NCBI GenBank assembly: GCA_032718475.1
Contig: JAUCBJ010002030.1
Span: forward strand, 1-64,000
Direction: 5' to 3'
DNA from: Nemertoderma westbladi
Taxonomy: Eukaryota; Animalia; Xenacoelomorpha
Length of the DNA stretch: 64,000 nucleotides
In this document: one piece after another, positions 57,831 through 64,000 of the stretch
Position numbering within the stretch: the stretch's first letter is position 1
How the letters are laid out: each line of letters opens with the position of its first letter
The notes under the pieces: model-generated
The model's input: only the letters and a program-made list of their open reading frames with translations
Told to the model about the DNA's origin: nothing
The model's database searches: none
Program-made: the position numbers and the translations under genes

Positions 57831-59321
57831 TCAATTATTTTATAATAACTGTATTTCTGAATTTTTAGGGTTACTTCCCTTTACTTATTACTGTTATTAA
57901 GCAGTAGTTCAACTGATATTAAGACCTAATGGATGTATAACAGGCCTACTATTTTATAAATCGGTTTGAGTTGATTTATAATATATATATATACCCGTAC
58001 AAGGGGTTTTGTCAATGTTTGAAATAAATGTTATTATTTCTGGGTAAGGTGTCACTACACAAAAGCTGTTCGCTCTCAGTGGAGTGCTACTTGATGGACA
58101 CTAAAACGAATAATTCTACTTTACTAAGTTACTTATCACTAGAAATTACTTACAATCACAGTTTGAGACTACAATCTCTAAATAAACACTAAAAAGTTAC
58201 ACATACAAGTTTTAGGGTAATTTTACAAGAAATCTACAAACCAGCCTAACAAGGAGTTAGAATTTCTGGTTCTTACAAACTGACAGGATACTACGGTATT
58301 TGAAAACAATAAAGCAGTAGTAAGTAAATTGCGTTGTCCAGATAAGAAAATACCACCGTCTGACGACTTATAGTCTTAGCTCTATAAGTACTACGTTATG
58401 TATCCGGAGTGTCCTTACCTAGAAGTTAATTACTGCAGCCAACCAGAGCTAACATGCCTATTAACCACTTTACAACACAAATATACTGCCTATACACTAA
58501 TTACTTTCAGAAAGCACTGTACACTAAACCCTAAATTAGGTACAAGTACTTATACAACAAATAACCAGCAGTTAAATATACTTGAACAGCTAAAAGAACC
58601 ACGGTATCTGCTGGAGTGACCGGAGCACAAAATCACCAGTCTTTACCTACGCCAAGCAGCCCTGATGTAGTACTGGGGTTAATTTAACTATAACGGTATG
58701 TATAACAAACACAATTACTGTAGTAATAAACTTGGGGGTTGTAGGTTGCGAATACTCGCATAGACTCTGAATAATAAATATTACGCTACCCGTGCAGACT
58801 ATACAAACTAAATACAGACCAAATGCTGGCAGACTACTGGCAAGCCTAAATAAACTACAGTATATGCAGACTCCGAAATGGTTAGTTAGTAGGCGTTCTA
58901 ACCGAGTAGTACGACTTATTCTTTCGGGGAGGATTTACCTTACAGCACTGGATGCCCCCACCTTCCTAACTAGCACTTTATCGGACAGACACTCTATACA
59001 CACTGCAATCGCTTCAGACCTAACAACAGCTAGACAACAATCCGGCCTACAAATTATTTGTACAATCTGAGCAGGCTTACACGCCTTCTGCTCAATATTA
59101 CAACTTACAGATAAATAAAACTGACAGAAATAAGTAAACCATACAAAGGAATAAGGGGTGATCAATCCCTAATCCCCTAACAGCCTACAATATACAATAT
59201 ATCACAATCTAAATAATACTGGTACCTGTAAGTACCGGTTCGGGTAGTTTAGGCAGTTAGGCCTACAGTTTACCATCCGACTGGTACATTTGAATTTATT
59301 GCCTTCGTGCAATCAAGAGTT

Positions 59322-59333
59322 TAAAACTATTAA
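59322..59333 (-). promoter_or_regulatory. BEL-3 non-tRNA primer-binding site (putative self-priming)
   Basis: TTAATAGTTTTA abuts the 5' LTR and is exactly complementary to sense-strand TAAAACTATTAA at 60133-60122 (3' LTR copy 48512-48501). Confidence 0.75.
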
Positions 59334-60489
59334 TGTTCGCGCTTTTAGACCTTTAGCAGTTTAACCTGCCAATTTTAGTTGTCCTTTTGTTTATAAATCG
59401 ACTTTAGCCTATATCAATTATTTAGTGTACTGAAATTACATCAGCCGAAGCCAGTCTGTGCGCGACCATTCACCCACAGTTAAGGGAGACTGGATTCGGA
59501 TGCTTTGATAGTGATTGCAGTGTAGACCTACTGTATTATTCGATTGATCGCTACTATATAATCTCTGACAATATATTTACTTTCGGGGAAATATTAACAG
59601 TTCCTTTAGGACGTGGCGCTTTAAGTATAAAAAACAGAGTTATGACTTATACTAATCACAACAAGATGGCCACTGCAGCACTGAGTTTCGTAAAAAGCGC
59701 ATCCTTTAGGAGATGCTTTATTAACCTTCACACTACTTCACACTACTTCGCACTGATCTGCCGACCATCACTGAATTTGATCATATATAAGGAGGATCGC
59801 AACTGACACATGTAGGGATTATGAAATAGCATTTAATTCACACAAAAACCACTATAATGTAAGTCGCAGTTGCTACCGGTAAACCTGTTCCTCTCACCTT
59901 CAGTAATCAAGAAGATTGGGGGTTTTATGATTATTCATTGGTATTCTCCAAATATATCAGCAATATACATCAATATCACAACAATTAATAACAGAAGTAA
60001 AATAATGCGGTGAACAGTCGGTATGTGTTACTTATGCAGTGTTCCATGTGCAGCAATGTTGAGTTGCAGTGTGATGCGTTTCAGTGATTGAGATATGAAG
60101 TATGATTCAGCAATGTTTCAGTTAATAGTTTTACGTTCTTGTAATCAAAGCCATCAGATGTTTAGGCCAAAGTCTGAAATTCCACAACAGAAGTAGAGAA
60201 TAACTCTAAGCCGGTTCTCTGGCTCAGAAAGGTAAACAAAGACCGTAATGCATTGCGCGGTTTTCCATAGGCCCCTGTTCAACATAAAGTGAAAATCGCT
60301 CTGATTGGCTGAGCAGAACAAAGAGGTTCCACGTCTACAGGAAATCAGCTGACAGATTTCGTCATCTGAGCTCCAATCTTTAAGAGTATTATGCGCATTG
60401 CGGCAAAAACGACTTGTTATGTCCGCTAAAGCACCTACACCGTGCATTGCGGGGAAAAATGACTTGTTATGTCCGCAAAAGCTTTTACA
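59334..60489 (-). repeat. BEL-3 5' LTR
   Basis: tgttcgcgctttt...gcttttaca, matching 47728-48869. Confidence 0.95.
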
Positions 60490-60494
60490 TACAA

Positions 60495-60926
60495 CTTGGG
60501 CTGGTCTACCTTTCCTCCCTCTCTAGTGTCCTTTAACAACTTCGTGGTGGTGTTGTACCCTCGTCGCAGGCGATCGCCCATCCCGACGTTTTCCTCCTGG
60601 ACTTGACCTTCCCTCCTTGTCCGGCGCCGTACCGTCGGCCCCTCTGTTGCCGTTCCGGTGGGCCAGTCGCCGCCCTCTGCCACTGGTTGGCCAGGGACTC
60701 TGGTACCTCGTTCGCCGATGTGATCTCGCGTTGACTCGATCCCCTCTCCTCCTCGTACTCGACCACTCTCCTCCTCAACTTCCGGAGCGTCCCTCGATGG
60801 CGAATCTGGTGTGGCGGGCCTGTAACGCCTCATCGCTGCTTCCCGAATTGTCTGGTCTCTGTTGCTCGTGGTTCGCGGCGGGCTCGCTTCTCCCTCTGGA
60901 CCCTGTGGCTGTTGTTCGCTCATCAT
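60495..60926 (-). pseudogene. Probable BEL-1 gag N-terminus
   Basis: GC-rich ATG-initiated frame cut exactly at the BEL-3 TSD; the sequence resumes at 47722 into gag-like fragments. Confidence 0.6.
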
Positions 60927-62504
60927 TGGCGTCGTGTGTCGTTACAGTTTATTTTTCTTTTGATGGGCATTGACCTGGCTTTTAACACAACGGTTTTTAA
61001 CTGCGAAGGGATTCGCTAGTTGGCGAGGGAATCCCAACCAGATTTGATCGCCTTTGGACTATAAGCGTCGCCGCGTCCGTGGACTGCTGAAAGGCTGGTG
61101 TAGTGTCTGAGTTCTAAAGGCCGAAGGCCGTTTAAATATCTAAGTTCTAATAGCAGTTGTTTGCAATGTTAGACTATAATAATAGCACAATCAGAATATT
61201 ACAGCACGGTAAATGACGACGGTTAAAAACCGTTCCGGTCTCACAACTCTACAGATACCAACTGAATCATAATCAATAAGTACAACGGTTAAATTACTAA
61301 CACATATTAGTTACTCCCACTGTTCTGAGTGGCCTGGCCAATGGATGCGTTCTAATCACCTGTTTTCCCCTCCCATCATTGGCTAACCTAATTAATCTCG
61401 ATCTCGCCTGTAGCTAAAGATTGAAAGCAAAAATAAAAATTCTGGCTCACCTAGCAAGGAGGAGGGAGGTGAAACTATCTCTGTTTCAAATTTCATGCAA
61501 ATCTCATTAAGATTTGTAGAAAAAGGTTTTTTTCTTTGGGGGGGGGGGGGGGGGGGGGGGTAGCAGGTACCTGAATAACGACACTATATTCCAGGACATG
61601 GTGTAAGTACGTACATTGTACAGTAAACAGGTATGTAGGCCTACTAGTACTGTATAAGATACCGGTACCTTTTGAACGCCCGCTTTTGTTGTAGTTGAAT
61701 GTGGAACGCGTCTTTTCTCCCAAATTGTCCTTTTTCATCTGCAAAAGATTATTTACTATGACATTATGATGTAATACATTACATGTATTATTCTATAGTA
61801 CATTAACTGTTAAAATAATTCCCGTACTACAGGTTAACAATAGGAGTGCATTATAGGATATTTACGTTTATTAATATAGTCAAGCCTAACCATTTGATTT
61901 ATGGCACTCCAATAAGCGACTCTTTCTTGTAATAAACGTTTAACCGCGACAATTTGTCCTGAATTTGATAATGTTGATTTCTCATAACTTTCATCTGAAA
62001 ATAATAATTCACATTAGTTATTGTTAAGAAATTGTACACAGCAATATTACAGTACTATAGACTTTGGTAATATAATTTTATCGCTCAGAAAATCTCTTAA
62101 TTTCTCATGACTTCGCAAGCAGTATACACCTACAGTAGACCTTCTTAGTCTTCTTCCTGTATTCCTGGATAGCACCGATGGGACCCCTTAACCCTTTGTT
62201 GCACTTGTTGATTTTAAGCAACAGTTCTATTATCGGTCTTATCTCATAGAAAACCATCAACCAACCATTACTGCACCTTGTAGCTAATAGTAGGATAATT
62301 AAAAAAAAATACTAAAAATACTAAAAAAATACTAACGTACAGTATTTCCTTATATATCCTTCACTTATTACATGCATTTTTGCAAATATACAGGTTTATT
62401 TGCAATTCTAAGGCACAAAATAAGCCGTGTTGCTTATAAGCAACAGAGTGCAGTAAAGGAAAGTAGTGGAAAATGGAACTGAACTGTGAAATTAGATTTT
62501 CCTT

Positions 62505-63160
62505 TTATAATAACTATTTACATACTTGTGTGTAAAGTAGCACTTTACAGTGTGATGATCCGAGTGGCTTTGTTACACGAACGAACGTTAGTGAGTGATG
62601 AAAATAAAGCCATGAGGATCAGAACACTGTAAAGTACTTTGGAAAAAGTATGTATGTAGTTTTATTCCAAAATTTAAACATTACGAAATGATTGTACATA
62701 GACATTATAAGTGATAGAAGCTGCACAAATATATAAATGACTATAAATGACTGTATAAATAAATGTATAAATGACTTAAATTATGTTATAAATAAGTTAG
62801 CTTATATTTATGGTGACGTTTGGACCCATATTATAATTATATAGCTAGGCCCTACTGGTAAGTAATGGCTATAGCCCGCCTACCGGTAGGCAATGTAGTA
62901 GGCCTATCTGGCTGTCAGGCAAATTTCCATCTATTTTTTACGTGGTATCCAATGTCGGCGTTAAGTAATGTCCCCTTAGTGGACATTACTTAACGCCGTC
63001 ATGGGTTACCACGTAAACAATAACACCAAATACAATACTAAATGTACATGCCAATACAAGGCTGTAATGTCCTCAAAAGTTGTAAAGTGCTAAGTAACAA
63101 CTCGCTTGCAAAATAACATTGCTAACGGCGTTGAGTAATGTTCCAATTTTGGAATAAAAG
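62505..63160. repeat. Multi-palindrome non-autonomous DNA element (degenerate)
   Basis: Hairpins actttacagtgt...acactgtaaagt (~62542-62635) and acgtggta..ggcgttaagtaatgtcc/ggacattacttaacgcc..taccacgt (~62940-63014); ttttattccaaaatt (62660) is inverted at about 63146. Confidence 0.55.
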
Positions 63161-64000
63161 CCTAAAGCCTTATTGTTTGTCACATCTAAGTAATTATTGA
63201 TTGTTATAGAAAGACAGACAGAAAGAGTATTTAGAGCTAATTAATGATTTAATTAGATTAATTATTTAATAAGTGATTAGGCTAATTATTGAATTAGGTA
63301 ATTAAATTACTTAGGTAAATACATTATCGCAGGCAATTTATGGATGGCATCGCATGGCATCTATACTCCCTTTGGGGAGTAGATATGGTGCCGTCACCAG
63401 AGGTGGTGTAAAAGCTTTTGCGTCATTAACCGGTTATTTTACCTTAAAGTACTCTGTAGTTGGTTTGCCAGGCATAAAAAGGCCGTGTCCTTGCTGTACT
63501 GGTGTTTTAGAGGACATAAAAGTCATTTCTTCTGTATTTGTACTGTATTTGTACTTTAGAGGACATAATCCGCAATCTCGTGACGCGATAAGCTGGATAC
63601 TCTTGAAAACAGTGTCGCTACCATGACGACGGCTAACAGCTGATATTGCCACGTCGACGTTTCTTTGTTTCTTTGTTCTCTCGTTGTTCGGTTGACCAAT
63701 CAGAGCGTTTTTTGTCTCTGTGTTGGAGGTGTATACAGAACTCAGTAGTTCAGTGTGTTATGTTTTTGCTCAGAGCCTAAGAACATCGGCTTTTAGCACT
63801 TCCGTATATCAGCGTTCTTTAGCTTTACATTAGTAGGCTTAATTATAGAACGTATATCTGTTATCGAGTTAATTACAACCTATTTACTACATACAATCTA
63901 ACCAAACCAATTATATGCAATTCATATCTTACATTACTGCTTTTGCTGTTGGTTATTCGTTATATTTGTTGATGAAATATTATATCGGAATACTGATCAA

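Larger units (their letters stand above)
47728..60489 (-). mobile_element. BEL-3: BEL/Pao-derived element with gag, protease and ORF3 but no RT/RNase H/integrase
   Basis: TG...CA LTRs at 47728-48869 and 59334-60489, TSD TACAA (47723-47727, 60490-60494), PPT-like GGGAGCGG abutting the 3' LTR. Confidence 0.93.
17482..60926 (-). mobile_element. BEL-1: old degenerate BEL/Pao LTR retrotransposon split by later insertions; 5' LTR not found
   Basis: Collinear minus-strand fragments: gag N-terminus (60926-60495), gag/protease LVDSGA/RT start CDIEGMFNQ (47722-44428), RT end/RNase H/integrase (21545-19142), then PPT and putative LTR. Confidence 0.8.

Noticed and set aside
61240-61262. TGGTATC as the BEL-1 PBS
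   Set aside because: The match to an initiator-Met-type PBS stops after 7 nt, and no copy of the putative LTR follows.
63354-63720. Possible host exon or promoter (CpG-richer, CCAAT at about 63696)
   Set aside because: No recognisable product or convincing gene structure within the window.

Overview
This is AT-rich eukaryotic DNA, probably from an invertebrate animal, and almost all of it is transposon-derived. Positions 1-17 kb hold nested MITEs/foldback DNA transposons, a 20-bp minisatellite and one plausible short host ORF. Positions 17.5-61 kb are a nested retroelement stack. An old degenerate BEL/Pao element (BEL-1) was hit by a CR1/L2-group LINE; the LINE was hit by a young, nearly intact 19.4-kb BEL/Pao element (BEL-2, 21723-41127, TSD TAGGG); and BEL-2's 5' LTR was hit by a truncated CRE-like RLE LINE. 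A second, RT-less BEL/Pao element (BEL-3, 47728-60489, TSD TACAA) sits in BEL-1 gag. The candidate new system is BEL-2/BEL-3. (i) Neither has a tRNA PBS; the 11-12 nt abutting each 5' LTR are perfectly complementary to a site inside that element's own LTR, which is Tf1-like self-priming with different sequences in the two elements. (ii) Both carry a homologous third ORF in the env position, which in BEL-2 includes a WRN/EXD2/Mut-7-like DEDDy 3'-5' exonuclease domain and three CCHC knuckles. (iii) BEL-2 also has TA...TA termini, a tRNA-derived Pol III-like cassette in U3, an in-frame UGA between gag and pol, and ten dispersed copies of a 17-nt hairpin motif. All calls were made by eye; no database searches were run.
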